A stretch of 56,627 nucleotides of DNA from an uncultured Gammaproteobacteria bacterium. GTDB lineage: Bacteria; Patescibacteriota; Patescibacteriia; UBA1558; GWA2-36-10. The notes below the pieces were generated by a model that did not search any database, was not told the origin of the DNA, and worked only from the letters and a program-made list of their open reading frames with translations. The stretch spans positions 1 through 56,627 of the forward strand of contig CAYMZA010000002.1 in NCBI GenBank assembly GCA_964394835.1. Direction: 5' to 3'. The translations under genes were made by a program, and so were the position numbers. Below, one piece after another: positions 1 through 9,251 of this stretch. How positions within the stretch are numbered: the stretch's first letter is position 1; every line of letters starts with the position of its first letter.

Positions 1-6
1 TAATAT

Positions 7-81
7 TGGTGACCCTACGGGGAATCGAACCCCGGTTACCAGGATGAGAACCTGGCGTCCTAACCACTAGACGATAGGGCC
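7..81 (-). tRNA. tRNA-Glu, anticodon CUC, 3' CCA encoded
   Basis: Reverse complement gives a 75-nt cloverleaf: acceptor GGCCCTA/TAGGGTC, D-arm GTCT-AGTGGTTA-GGAC, anticodon stem CCAGG/CCTGG with loop TTCTCAT, T-arm CGGGG-TTCGATT-CCCCG, then ACCA. Confidence 0.9.
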
Positions 82-107
82 ATTCAGTATTAATAACAAA
101 AATATGA

Positions 108-1370
108 TTATTTATCAACCTTATCTACTAATAATTCATCTGCTTTCCAAGGTTTAGCCATAATTTCATAAACAACTTGTTCCATTTTAGAACCCCTTGA
201 ACCTTTTATTAAAATAATATCATTTTCTTTAATTCTTTCTTGTAAGAATATACCTGCTTCAGTTGTAAATGGAAAATGATATATATTATCTTCAGACATA
301 CCTGCTTCTTTAGCAGCCCTAGCTATATCTCTTGATCTTTCTCCTATTACAAATAAATAATCAATCTTAAGTTGTTTAACTTTTTTACCTACATTTCTAT
401 GACTTTCTTCACTGATATCTCCTAATTCTAACATATCACCAAATACGGCAAGTTTTCTACCTAAACTAGGCATTTCTGATAATATGTTTAAAGCTAATTC
501 AGAAGACTGTGGAGAAGCATTATATGTATCATCTATAATATATGAATTCTTAACACCTTTAACTAAATTAGTTCTACCCTTAGCTGGTATATATTTCATT
601 AAATTTTTAGATATATCTACTAAATTCATATCTAGAATTAAAGCAATACTACAAGCACAAGCTACAGATTGAGCATGTTGCCATCCCAAAACATTAGGTA
701 AAAATATTGGTATTACAGATCCTTGATATTTTATCTTAAAAGTAGTTCCATATGTATTATCTTTTTCAATTATCTTAATATCTTTAATACATATATCGCT
801 ATCTTCTTTTTGACCAAAAGTTTTAATATTACTTTTTATTTTATCTTTACTAGAATATAGTAACTTATCATCATTGTTTAAAACAACCCAAGCTTCTTTA
901 TTTAACTTTTTAGTAATATTTAGCTTTTCTTTAAGTATATTATTAATACTACCAAAGTTTTCAATATGACTATGCCCAATAGCTGTTAAAACAGCAATAT
1001 CTGGTTTAGCTATACTAGTTAAATAGTTAATATCCCCTTTTTTATCTGCCCCCATTTCTAGTATTAGAATATCAGGATATTCTTTATCTTTAAATATTAT
1101 TAATTTTAATGAAGATAATATTATGCTAAACCATTTAAATATATTTCTTTGTCCTGATTCTTTATTTAATATAGTTAAAGGAACACCTATTTCATTGTTA
1201 TAGTTTTTAATATTTCTTTGTATGTTAAAATTATCCTTTAAAACAGAAAAAATAGCTTCTTTTGTAGAAGTTTTACCAACACTACCAGTTATACCTATTA
1301 TTTTAGGATTATATTTAGTTACAACCTTAATAGATAGATATTTTAATATTATATATAATATTTTATTCAT
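108..1370 (-). CDS. murF: UDP-N-acetylmuramoyl-tripeptide--D-alanyl-D-alanine ligase (MurF)
   Basis: Mur ligase P-loop GITGSVGKTSTKE and NNEIGVPLT motif; last gene of a dcw-type cluster. Confidence 0.85.
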   Translation of the reverse strand: MNKILYIILKYLSIKVVTKYNPKIIGITGSVGKTSTKEAIFSVLKDNFNIQRNIKNYNNEIGVPLTILNKESGQRNIFKWFSIILSSLKLIIFKDKEYPDILILEMGADKKGDINYLTSIAKPDIAVLTAIGHSHIENFGSINNILKEKLNITKKLNKEAWVVLNNDDKLLYSSKDKIKSNIKTFGQKEDSDICIKDIKIIEKDNTYGTTFKIKYQGSVIPIFLPNVLGWQHAQSVACACSIALILDMNLVDISKNLMKYIPAKGRTNLVKGVKNSYIIDDTYNASPQSSELALNILSEMPSLGRKLAVFGDMLELGDISEESHRNVGKKVKQLKIDYLFVIGERSRDIARAAKEAGMSEDNIYHFPFTTEAGIFLQERIKENDIILIKGSRGSKMEQVVYEIMAKPWKADELLVDKVDK

Positions 1371-1405
1371 AACTATATGTTACAATGTTTTCAATATAAA
1401 TCAAG

Positions 1406-3205
1406 TTAACGATTAGATGGTATATTATAATATTTAAGAAGGAACTTAGCAATCTCACCAAATAAAGGAGCTGCTGTATCAGATGAGTATCTAGCTGCTG
1501 TAGGAGCGTCTAATTTAGTAATCATAGTAAACTTAGGATTATCATTAGGAGCAAAACCTACAAAATTATGTATAAACTTATTTTTATGCCATTTTTTAGT
1601 TTCTAAATCAACTAACTGAGCTGTACCTGTTTTACCAGCTACATAATATCCATCTACACCAGCTTTATCACCATGAATACTATCTACTACACTTACCATC
1701 ATAGCTGATACTGTAGCAGCAGTACCAGGATCTATGACCTTTATTATTTCCTTAGGCAAAAACTCTTCTTTTTCTCCATTACTATATTCTATTCTTTCAA
1801 CAATATATGGTTGCATTAATTTACCTTTATTAGCAATTACATTTATAGCATTTACCATTTGCAAAGGAGTAACAGTTACACCCTGACCATATGATGTTGT
1901 TGCTTTATATATATCCTTACCTTTAGCTAATTGACTAATGTCTCCCCTACTTTCTTGACTAATGCTAATATCTACTAATTTACCAAAACCAAACTTTTTT
2001 ATATATTCTTCAAATATTCTATTATTCACCTCATAGGTAGCAAATATTATCCCTGTGTTTATAGAAGAAGCTAAAACTTCTTTCATATCCACCCAACCAT
2101 ATATCTTTCCTCCAGCATTTTTAATAGGATAACCAGCATATTTAACTTCACCTGTATCTTCATAAAGAGTGTTAGGGTCTACCTTACCTTGATCTATAGC
2201 TATAGCCATAGATATGGCTTTCATAACAGAACCAGGTTCATAATTATGATATACTGCATTATTATTATATATATCACTGCTTTCAACCATATTATATTCA
2301 TTAGGATCAAAACTAGGATAATTACACATTGCCTTAATAGCTCCTGTATTTGTTTCTAAAATGATAACTGAACCTGATTCAGCATCATATCGAACAATAG
2401 CTTTTTCCAAAGCCTTACAAGCTGTATATTGTATTGTATTATCAATTGTTAAAAAAATATCAGCACCATCTTGAGCATCTATACCTTGATTACTAGATAA
2501 TAATCTACCAGCAGAATCTTTTTCTCCAATTATTTGTCCAATATTACCAGATAATTCATTTTCATAATACCCCTCTATACCATAACTACCTATTCTAGTA
2601 TGGCCATTACCATAACCTAAGAATCCAAGAATATGAGCACCGACTTCTTTATCAGGATATGATCGTAAAACATTTTTTTCAAAAAGAACACCAATTCCTG
2701 CAATATTCTTGGCTTGTTTATCAACTTCCCTATCTTTATTAATATCTAAACGTAAAACTTCTAATTTTTCTTCTAGTAAGGATACTTTATCTCTACCTAT
2801 GTTTTTAACTATAACCTCATGATATCTATTCTCTTTTTTAACTTTTTCTAAAACTACTTCTTCTTCTAATTCTAAAACTTCTATTAAAATATCAGTAATA
2901 TTCTGAGGCCTAGTAATCTTACTAGGATCCACTATTATATTATAGTAAACTTTATTAATAGCTAAAGGATGAACTACATCTTTAGATTCTAAACTTTCAA
3001 AAGCATAAATACCACCTCTTTCAGGTAAAATATCTTGCATTACAGCCCTTTGACTAAGGCCAATATTTAAATAATGTTCATGTTTAATTACTTGAACATA
3101 AAATAGACGTGAAATAATAAGCAGGAATAAGAAAAAAACGACCCCCTGTAGGGCCTTAATTCTTTTCACAGAAATATCATGATTGTTAAAACGAGAAAAA
3201 TACAT
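1406..3205 (-). CDS. ftsI: Class B penicillin-binding protein / FtsI-type transpeptidase
   Basis: N-terminal TM helix; SxxK (SVMK), SxN (SIN) and KTG (GKTGTA) motifs; sits after ftsL in the dcw cluster. Confidence 0.85.
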   Translation of the reverse strand: MYFSRFNNHDISVKRIKALQGVVFFLFLLIISRLFYVQVIKHEHYLNIGLSQRAVMQDILPERGGIYAFESLESKDVVHPLAINKVYYNIIVDPSKITRPQNITDILIEVLELEEEVVLEKVKKENRYHEVIVKNIGRDKVSLLEEKLEVLRLDINKDREVDKQAKNIAGIGVLFEKNVLRSYPDKEVGAHILGFLGYGNGHTRIGSYGIEGYYENELSGNIGQIIGEKDSAGRLLSSNQGIDAQDGADIFLTIDNTIQYTACKALEKAIVRYDAESGSVIILETNTGAIKAMCNYPSFDPNEYNMVESSDIYNNNAVYHNYEPGSVMKAISMAIAIDQGKVDPNTLYEDTGEVKYAGYPIKNAGGKIYGWVDMKEVLASSINTGIIFATYEVNNRIFEEYIKKFGFGKLVDISISQESRGDISQLAKGKDIYKATTSYGQGVTVTPLQMVNAINVIANKGKLMQPYIVERIEYSNGEKEEFLPKEIIKVIDPGTAATVSAMMVSVVDSIHGDKAGVDGYYVAGKTGTAQLVDLETKKWHKNKFIHNFVGFAPNDNPKFTMITKLDAPTAARYSSDTAAPLFGEIAKFLLKYYNIPSNR

Positions 3206-3208
3206 ATA

Positions 3209-3508
3209 TTATCTAAGAGCTACTTTATCACTATCACCCAAATGTTGTATCTCTTTAGCTTGTACCTTAACTAAATTTAATCTAGTGCTTTCTTTTTCTA
3301 TCCTTTCTATAGTCTGTAATTCACTTATCTTAGCATTTAACATTCTAGTAGTATCTTCTAAAATATTAATATCATTATTTAAATCATTTCTTAATAGTGT
3401 TTGATGATTAGAATAATTATTAAGCATTAAAGATCCCATCCATATTAATGTTATAAATGTGAAAAGAAATGGTTTTAATTTTTTAATTGATTTATTTTTT
3501 CTCTTCAT
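3209..3508 (-). CDS. ftsL: FtsL-like cell division protein (small bitopic coiled-coil protein)
   Basis: 99 aa, basic N-terminus, one TM, heptad-like region; canonical position between rsmH and ftsI. Confidence 0.6.
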   Translation of the reverse strand: MKRKNKSIKKLKPFLFTFITLIWMGSLMLNNYSNHQTLLRNDLNNDINILEDTTRMLNAKISELQTIERIEKESTRLNLVKVQAKEIQHLGDSDKVALR

Positions 3509-3513
3509 TTTGT

Positions 3514-4479
3514 TTATATTTTTTCTACTACCCTGAGTATAGCGCTACGACTACGAGGATTATTATCTAATTCCTCTTTACTAGGCTTTATACCCTTTTT
3601 ATTTATTATTTTAATTAACGGCTTGTAGCTACATGTGCATATAGGATCTTTAGGCGGACAAACACATGTTCTTGATATTTCTTTAAAATATTTTTTTACT
3701 ATCCTATCTTCTAAGGAATGAAATGATATAACAGCTAAACGTCCTCCTGAATGTAAAACATTAATAGCTTTAGGTAATACATCACTTACATTTTCTAACT
3801 CTTTATTAACAGCTATTCTTAAAGCTTGAAATACTTTTGTGGCAGGATATCTTCTAAACCTTGCCACGTTCTTTATATTCAAAATCCGGAGTATGACGGA
3901 AACAAACATGGAAGTTTTAACTAATTTTTGTTTTTGTTTGTCGCGTTCCCTCCAAGCTATAATACCAGTGGCAATACGCTTGGCTTGCCTTTCTTCGCCA
4001 TACTCACGGAAAATTTGACACAATTTATCTTCCGACCAAGTTAATATAATATCTGAAGCAGTAATATCTTGTATCTCAGGACTAAACCTCATATCTAAAT
4101 CACCAGTATCTTTAAAAGAAAAACCTTGATTGGATGAGTCTAATTGATACGATGACACACCTAGATCAATTACAATACCTGATATCTTATCAATCTTAGA
4201 CTTTAATTTCCCTATTTCTTTTTCTAAATGAACATAACTTTTATTAACTATATATATTCTATCTTTGTATTTTTCTAAATTCTTCTTTGCTGATTGTATA
4301 GCTGCTTTATCAAGTTCAAATGCTATAACTCTACCCTTTGGAGAAGTTTTTTCTAGTATGTCTTTAGCATGTCCTCCTCCACCCAATGTACAATCAATGT
4401 AATGTTTATTAGATTTAGGATTTAATAATTCAATAACCTCATCCTTAAGCACACTTATATGCTTATATTCAACAGACAT
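3514..4479 (-). CDS. rsmH: 16S rRNA (cytosine1402-N4)-methyltransferase RsmH/MraW
   Basis: TLGGGGHA SAM motif, FSFKDTGDLDMRF, HPATK..FQALRIAVN-type motifs; follows mraZ. Confidence 0.9.
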   Translation of the reverse strand: MSVEYKHISVLKDEVIELLNPKSNKHYIDCTLGGGGHAKDILEKTSPKGRVIAFELDKAAIQSAKKNLEKYKDRIYIVNKSYVHLEKEIGKLKSKIDKISGIVIDLGVSSYQLDSSNQGFSFKDTGDLDMRFSPEIQDITASDIILTWSEDKLCQIFREYGEERQAKRIATGIIAWRERDKQKQKLVKTSMFVSVILRILNIKNVARFRRYPATKVFQALRIAVNKELENVSDVLPKAINVLHSGGRLAVISFHSLEDRIVKKYFKEISRTCVCPPKDPICTCSYKPLIKIINKKGIKPSKEELDNNPRSRSAILRVVEKI

Positions 4480-4480
4480 A

Positions 4481-4912
4481 TTAAATACCTAAATCAACTA
4501 AACCTTCTGCTATATCATTACTATCTTTTTCAGAAACCTTTTGATATTTATTCCACATCTTTTCATCCCAAACCTCTAAACGATTATATAATCCAGCTAA
4601 AACTGTTTTTTTATTCAATCCAGCAAATACTTTTAAATAATCAGGTAATATAACTCTACCTTGTTTATCTAATTTAACATCCATAGCTCCTGCTAACATC
4701 ATACGAGAAAATGCTCTAGACTTAGCTTGACTAAAAGGTAAATTAGCTAGTTTATTAGCTAACTTATTCCATTCTTTTGCAGTGTATATAAAAAGACAAT
4801 TATCTAATCCTTTAGTTATAACTACTCCGTCCTTAAGCATTTTACGGAATTTAGTAGGCAAAGCTAAACGATTCTTATTATCTAAATTATATTTGTACTC
4901 TCCAATAAACAT
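4481..4912 (-). CDS. mraZ: Transcriptional regulator MraZ
   Basis: Two MraZ half-domains (LDNKNRLALP and LDKQGRVILP). I prefer the ATG at 4912 (MFIGEYKY..., typical MraZ N-terminus) over the TTG at 4933 in the ORF track. Confidence 0.85.
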   Translation of the reverse strand: MFIGEYKYNLDNKNRLALPTKFRKMLKDGVVITKGLDNCLFIYTAKEWNKLANKLANLPFSQAKSRAFSRMMLAGAMDVKLDKQGRVILPDYLKVFAGLNKKTVLAGLYNRLEVWDEKMWNKYQKVSEKDSNDIAEGLVDLGI

Positions 4913-4921
4913 AAAGTATTT

Positions 4922-4933
4922 AGTTATCCACAA
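4922..4933. promoter_or_regulatory. 12-mer AGTTATCCACAA containing a perfect DnaA-box consensus TTATCCACA (copy 1)
   Basis: Exact match 4924-4932, 9 nt upstream of the mraZ ATG. Confidence 0.5.
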
Positions 4934-4983
4934 GCAAGGTTATATTTCCCCCACTTTTCACCACCACTATGGTCATTACATAC

Positions 4984-5013
4984 ATTATACCCCACAGCAC
5001 TAGTCTGAGTCAA
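4984..5013 (-). promoter_or_regulatory. Candidate sigma70-type promoter of the mraZ/dcw operon
   Basis: On the minus strand TTGACT (5013-5008), 18-nt spacer, TATAAT (4989-4984), about 70 nt upstream of the mraZ ATG. Confidence 0.5.
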
Positions 5014-5019
5014 CACTTA

Positions 5020-5031
5020 AGTTATCCACAA
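5020..5031. promoter_or_regulatory. 12-mer AGTTATCCACAA containing a perfect DnaA-box consensus TTATCCACA (copy 2)
   Basis: Exact match 5022-5030, 6 nt upstream of the candidate -35; same orientation as copy 1. Confidence 0.5.
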
Positions 5032-5082
5032 CAAAAAATAACCTTAAAAAAGGATATTATTTACTTAAACTATATATTTTAC

Positions 5083-5511
5083 TTACTTTATAATACTAAA
5101 AGTAGGTTTTTTCTTACTAATTGTAATATTAGGTTTATGTTTATACTTTGCTATTAAAGGTTTAAACTTTTTTTCTTTGCTTAACTGTTTAATTAAACTG
5201 GGCAATATCTCTTCAAAGGGTTTAGTATAGTATAGTTTACTAATAACAGGGATATTAAAATTCCAAGCAATAGTATTAATTATACCTATTATAACCTTAA
5301 CTTGAACCAAACTAGTTTCTTTAACTCCCAAGATAATACCCTTAACATCTTTTAGTTTAATCTTACTATGTTTTAAAAAAGTATCTAATTCCAATAATAT
5401 AGTATCTTTATCTCTAGGCATCACAAAACTATAGTCTTTAACTATACTACCCTCCTCTACTAAATACCAAGTACCATTATTACGATCTAAAATGTTTAAG
5501 ATTATATTCAT
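5083..5511 (-). CDS. Hypothetical protein, weakly TsaB/YeaZ-like (degenerate)
   Basis: 142 aa. Segment KDVKGIILGVKETSLVQVKVIIGIINTIAWNFNIPVISK resembles the TsaB pattern (DLDaIaVg.GPGSFTGlRIG..aKgLA.a..iPl.gVS) but lacks the GPGSFTG motif. Confidence 0.3.
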   Translation of the reverse strand: MNIILNILDRNNGTWYLVEEGSIVKDYSFVMPRDKDTILLELDTFLKHSKIKLKDVKGIILGVKETSLVQVKVIIGIINTIAWNFNIPVISKLYYTKPFEEILPSLIKQLSKEKKFKPLIAKYKHKPNITISKKKPTFSIIK

Positions 5512-6088
5512 TTAATTGTTTCTTTTTAACTTCTGCTGATATCTTATCAACTACAACTATATTTTCATTAGACCAAATATCATATATAAACTTATCTGTA
5601 ATTTCTAAACGATACAAATAGTCTGCTTTAGACAAAAAAGTATACCTTAATTCATCTGCAAAACCTTCAGCTATACTATTTAAATACTTATCAAATTCCT
5701 TTCTATTAACCTTACCTACTATTAGAACATCAGTATCAGAAGGAGAATTAGTCAAAACACCCGTAAACATTAAAAGCTTTAAACCAGATATCTTAGACAT
5801 CTTTTCTGCTATTTGCATTTCTTCTAAGGCTATAGCTTTAAAAACTAAATTATATATTTCCTTGAACAAAGAGAATCCATTATTAACAAAATAATATTTT
5901 TTACCTTCCTTTTCTTCTGTGTTTAATAATCCAAACTTTTCTAAATTAGTAAGTTCTCTTCTTAAAGAATTGATTTGTAACCCTAGTCTTCTTGTTAATT
6001 GACGAATAAAAAACTTATCACGAGAATTAATACAAAAAAACTTTAATATTTTTATTCTAGCTGTAGAACTAAAAAGATACTCAAGCAT
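5480..6088 (-). CDS. Winged-helix (ArsR/MarR-like) DNA-binding protein with uncharacterised C-terminal domain
   Basis: N-terminal ARIKILKFF...FIRQLTRRLGLQINSLRRELTNLEKFGLL is a typical wHTH pattern. Confidence 0.55.
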   Translation of the reverse strand: MLEYLFSSTARIKILKFFCINSRDKFFIRQLTRRLGLQINSLRRELTNLEKFGLLNTEEKEGKKYYFVNNGFSLFKEIYNLVFKAIALEEMQIAEKMSKISGLKLLMFTGVLTNSPSDTDVLIVGKVNRKEFDKYLNSIAEGFADELRYTFLSKADYLYRLEITDKFIYDIWSNENIVVVDKISAEVKKKQLNEYNLKHFRS

Positions 6089-6149
6089 ATTAATATATAT
6101 TTACTAAAGATATTAAATATAGTATAATATTAAATAGAAGAAATGTAAA

Positions 6150-8219
6150 ATGCCAAATCTTAAAAATTACAAATTATTTATACACGATCATATTAACTCT
6201 AGAGAACTATCAGAAGTTTATTTAAGTGAAGAAAATAAACATGGTAAGTTATTTATTACACTAGAATCTTCTAAAACTAAGGTGGATCAGCAAGAAGCAA
6301 TTAATGAAATTATTAATCAAGTCTCTGTTATTTTCGATACTTCTCATGAAAAAGATTCTGAAATGCTATTAGAAGAGATATTAAAGAAAATTAATGACCT
6401 ATTACCAGAATTAAGCTCGGAACTTAAAATAAGGAGTTGGATTAATAAACTAGATATAGCGATTGGTATAATATCAGAAAATAATGTATACATGTCAGCT
6501 ATTGGTAATATTAATACACTGCTAATACATAATAATAAATACAAGTCTATACTAACAACTGAAGCTGAAATAAACCCTACTAAACCCTTCACAGATATTA
6601 CAAGTGGTCAATTAGATAAAGGAGATGCTTTAATTATTTCTACTAATTCTCTTTTTGACTATATTTCTAAAGAAAAAATAAAACAAATAATTACTAAATA
6701 TCCTCCTAGAACTAGTATCTTAGAAATGCAAAAACTTTTAGAATCTGTTCCTGACTTTGTAACATTTAATTCTTTAGTTATGAAAAATACGCAAGCTAAA
6801 GATATAGCTACAGATGAAGAAAATATAGAATCAGATAGTCTAAAAACTAATATTATACCTAAAGAATATACACAAGAAAAAAGAAAATCCAAATTAGTTT
6901 TAGACCTTAAAGCTGTAAATAATATAGGATTTATACAAAAGATAAGTAAGATTATTTCTTTATTTATATATTTCTTTCAAATTATATCTAAAATATTTAT
7001 ATATATATTTAATAAAATAAAGGTAATTATACTATTTCTATTCTCTAATAAATATAGGAATAACCAAGAAGAGAGAACATTACATCAAATTAAAGACAAA
7101 ATAAACGATAAATATACTTGGTATTATAAACTAAATAAAAAACAAAAAGTAACATTAGTATCATTATTCATAATAATACTAGTATTTTTAACTAATTTAG
7201 TATTTTTAACACAAGAAAAAGCTGTAAAAGAAACTAATAAAGAATATGCTAATGCATTATTATTAATAAATGAGAAATTAACAGAAGCAGAAGCTAAATT
7301 AATATACAGTGATGAACAAGCTTCTGAGTTAATACTTCTAGAAATACAAGATATAATTAATAATTTAAATATAACATCTCAAGAAAATCAAGAGGAAATA
7401 GATGAAATAGCATTAACAGTTAAACATAAATTAAATAAAGTAAGACATATTTATGAAGTAACTGATCCTACAGAATTATTTGATTTAAGTACTACTATTT
7501 TATCTAGCAAACAAATAGTACAAAAAGAAGGTATATTCTATATATTAGGAGATGAAAAACTATATAAACTAAAAGAAGATAGTTTAGAACATTTAATTGA
7601 TTTTCCAGGAGGAACATTATTAACAGACTGGCCTAAGAAAAATAAACTTATACTAGGTAATGAAGAACAATATTTTATTATAAACCTAGATAATAATGAA
7701 TTAGAAGCCTTTGACTTTACTAAAAGTGCTGGTAATACCTCTATACAAGATTTGAATATGTATAGTAATAACCTATATGTTTTAGATAAAGCTAATAATC
7801 AAATATTTAAATACCCTGAATACTATGATCTATTTGCTAATGGGTCTGCTTGGATTTCTGATGAAATAACCTTAGACAACTTTAATAGTTTTACTATAGA
7901 CGGTAATATATACATTATAGATAATGAAGGTAAAATAAATAAATTTAGTAAAGGTTCTTTAGAGATATTTAATTATCATGAATTAAGACCTAATATAGGA
8001 CCTAATAGTATTATAAAAACATTTAAAGATTCTGATTACTTATATATCATAGATCCAAGTAATCAAAGAATAGTTATTTTAAATAAAGATGGTAATATAG
8101 AAGATCAATATACTTCTGATAAGTTTGATAACCTTATAGACTTAGCTATAGACCCTGAAGAAAAAGCTATTTATCTACTAAATGGTAATAATCTTTATTT
8201 ACTAGCTATAAATGAATAA
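6150..8219 (+). CDS. Uncharacterised 689-aa membrane protein (degenerate PP2C-like N-domain, 2 TM, coiled coil, beta-propeller-like C-domain)
   Basis: Long intact ORF with hydrophobic helices near aa 265-295 and 335-355. C-terminal repeats such as LYVLDKANNQIFKY and LYIIDPSNQRIVILNKDG resemble NHL/propeller blades. Confidence 0.5.
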   Translation: MPNLKNYKLFIHDHINSRELSEVYLSEENKHGKLFITLESSKTKVDQQEAINEIINQVSVIFDTSHEKDSEMLLEEILKKINDLLPELSSELKIRSWINKLDIAIGIISENNVYMSAIGNINTLLIHNNKYKSILTTEAEINPTKPFTDITSGQLDKGDALIISTNSLFDYISKEKIKQIITKYPPRTSILEMQKLLESVPDFVTFNSLVMKNTQAKDIATDEENIESDSLKTNIIPKEYTQEKRKSKLVLDLKAVNNIGFIQKISKIISLFIYFFQIISKIFIYIFNKIKVIILFLFSNKYRNNQEERTLHQIKDKINDKYTWYYKLNKKQKVTLVSLFIIILVFLTNLVFLTQEKAVKETNKEYANALLLINEKLTEAEAKLIYSDEQASELILLEIQDIINNLNITSQENQEEIDEIALTVKHKLNKVRHIYEVTDPTELFDLSTTILSSKQIVQKEGIFYILGDEKLYKLKEDSLEHLIDFPGGTLLTDWPKKNKLILGNEEQYFIINLDNNELEAFDFTKSAGNTSIQDLNMYSNNLYVLDKANNQIFKYPEYYDLFANGSAWISDEITLDNFNSFTIDGNIYIIDNEGKINKFSKGSLEIFNYHELRPNIGPNSIIKTFKDSDYLYIIDPSNQRIVILNKDGNIEDQYTSDKFDNLIDLAIDPEEKAIYLLNGNNLYLLAINE

Positions 8220-8228
8220 TTAATATAA

Positions 8229-8261
8229 TAAAAAACACCCTAGTATTTAGAGTGTTTTTTT
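8229..8261. terminator. Bidirectional intrinsic terminator between convergent genes
   Basis: AACACCCTA-GTATT-TAGAGTGTT hairpin (one mismatch) flanked by an A-run and a T-run. Confidence 0.6.
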
Positions 8262-8273
8262 GTTTCTAAAACT

Positions 8274-8702
8274 TTATTTCAAAGTTACAGTAGCGCCAGC
8301 TTCAGTAAGTTTAGTTTTCATTTCTTCAGCTTCTTCTTTACTAGCACCTTCTTTAACAATTACAGGAGCTTCATCAGTCATATCCTTAGCTTCTTTAAGA
8401 CCTAATTCAGTAACTTCTCTAATAGCTTTAATAACATTGATTTTCTTTTCACCAATAGATGTTAATTCAACATCAAAAGAAGATTTTTCTTCTCCAGCTT
8501 CTTCAGCTGCAGCAGGAGCAGCAGCCATTGCTACAGGAGCAGCAGCACTAACGCCAAATTTATCTTCTAAGATAGATACTAATTCAGATAGATCTAATAC
8601 AGACATTTTTTCAATTTCTTCTACAATACTTTTGAATTTAGCCGGTACTTCAACTACCTTTTCTTCTTTAGTTTCTTCAACTTGTTTTTTTTCTTCTGTC
8701 AT
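8274..8702 (-). CDS. rplL: 50S ribosomal protein L7/L12
   Basis: Ala-rich hinge [16 protein letters not shown] and C-terminal domain [21 protein letters not shown]...EAGATVTLK; about 20 aa acidic N-terminal extension. Confidence 0.95.
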   Translation of the reverse strand: MTEEKKQVEETKEEKVVEVPAKFKSIVEEIEKMSVLDLSELVSILEDKFGVSAAAPVAMAAAPAAAEEAGEEKSSFDVELTSIGEKKINVIKAIREVTELGLKEAKDMTDEAPVIVKEGASKEEAEEMKTKLTEAGATVTLK

Positions 8703-8729
8703 AATATTTTTTTTAATTATTTATTTAAA

Positions 8730-9251
8730 TTATTCTTTTTTATCTTTTATTGCACTTAATACTCCCACAAAATTACAAGTAGTACCACTTAATACTCCAA
8801 CCAGACCTGTTAAAGGAGAATTTATAGACCCTACTAACTTTGCTAATAATTCTTCTTTAGAAGGTAATGAAGCTAATTTTTTAATAACTTCAGGTAATAT
8901 ATATTCTCCTTCTAGAATACCACCACCTATTTCTAAACCTTCATTATCTTTAGCAAACTTACTTACTACTTTAACACCCTCTATTTCATCTTCATATGAG
9001 CAAGTAACGCCTAATGAACCTTGTAAATCTTTAATAGAATCTTCTTTAGCCAACTTATCATCAGCTAATTTTAACAATGTTTTTTTAGTAACAAAGTATT
9101 CTGATCCTTTTTCTCTTAACTCTTTTCTTAATTTTTCTACTGTTTTTACATCTAAGCCTGTATCACCACTAAAAACAATAGATTTACTTTTACCTAATTT
9201 ATCTTTAATTGATTTTAAGATATCTTTTTTTTGTTCTTTAGTTTTTGACAT
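8730..9251 (-). CDS. rplJ: 50S ribosomal protein L10
   Basis: L10-like sequence directly upstream of rplL. Confidence 0.9.
   Translation of the reverse strand: MSKTKEQKKDILKSIKDKLGKSKSIVFSGDTGLDVKTVEKLRKELREKGSEYFVTKKTLLKLADDKLAKEDSIKDLQGSLGVTCSYEDEIEGVKVVSKFAKDNEGLEIGGGILEGEYILPEVIKKLASLPSKEELLAKLVGSINSPLTGLVGVLSGTTCNFVGVLSAIKDKKE

Noticed and set aside
4913-5082. Chromosomal replication origin (oriC)
   Set aside because: There are only two DnaA boxes, no dnaA/dnaN/gidA context and no obvious AT-rich 13-mer-type unwinding repeats beyond the background AT-richness. The region is better explained as the mraZ promoter and leader.
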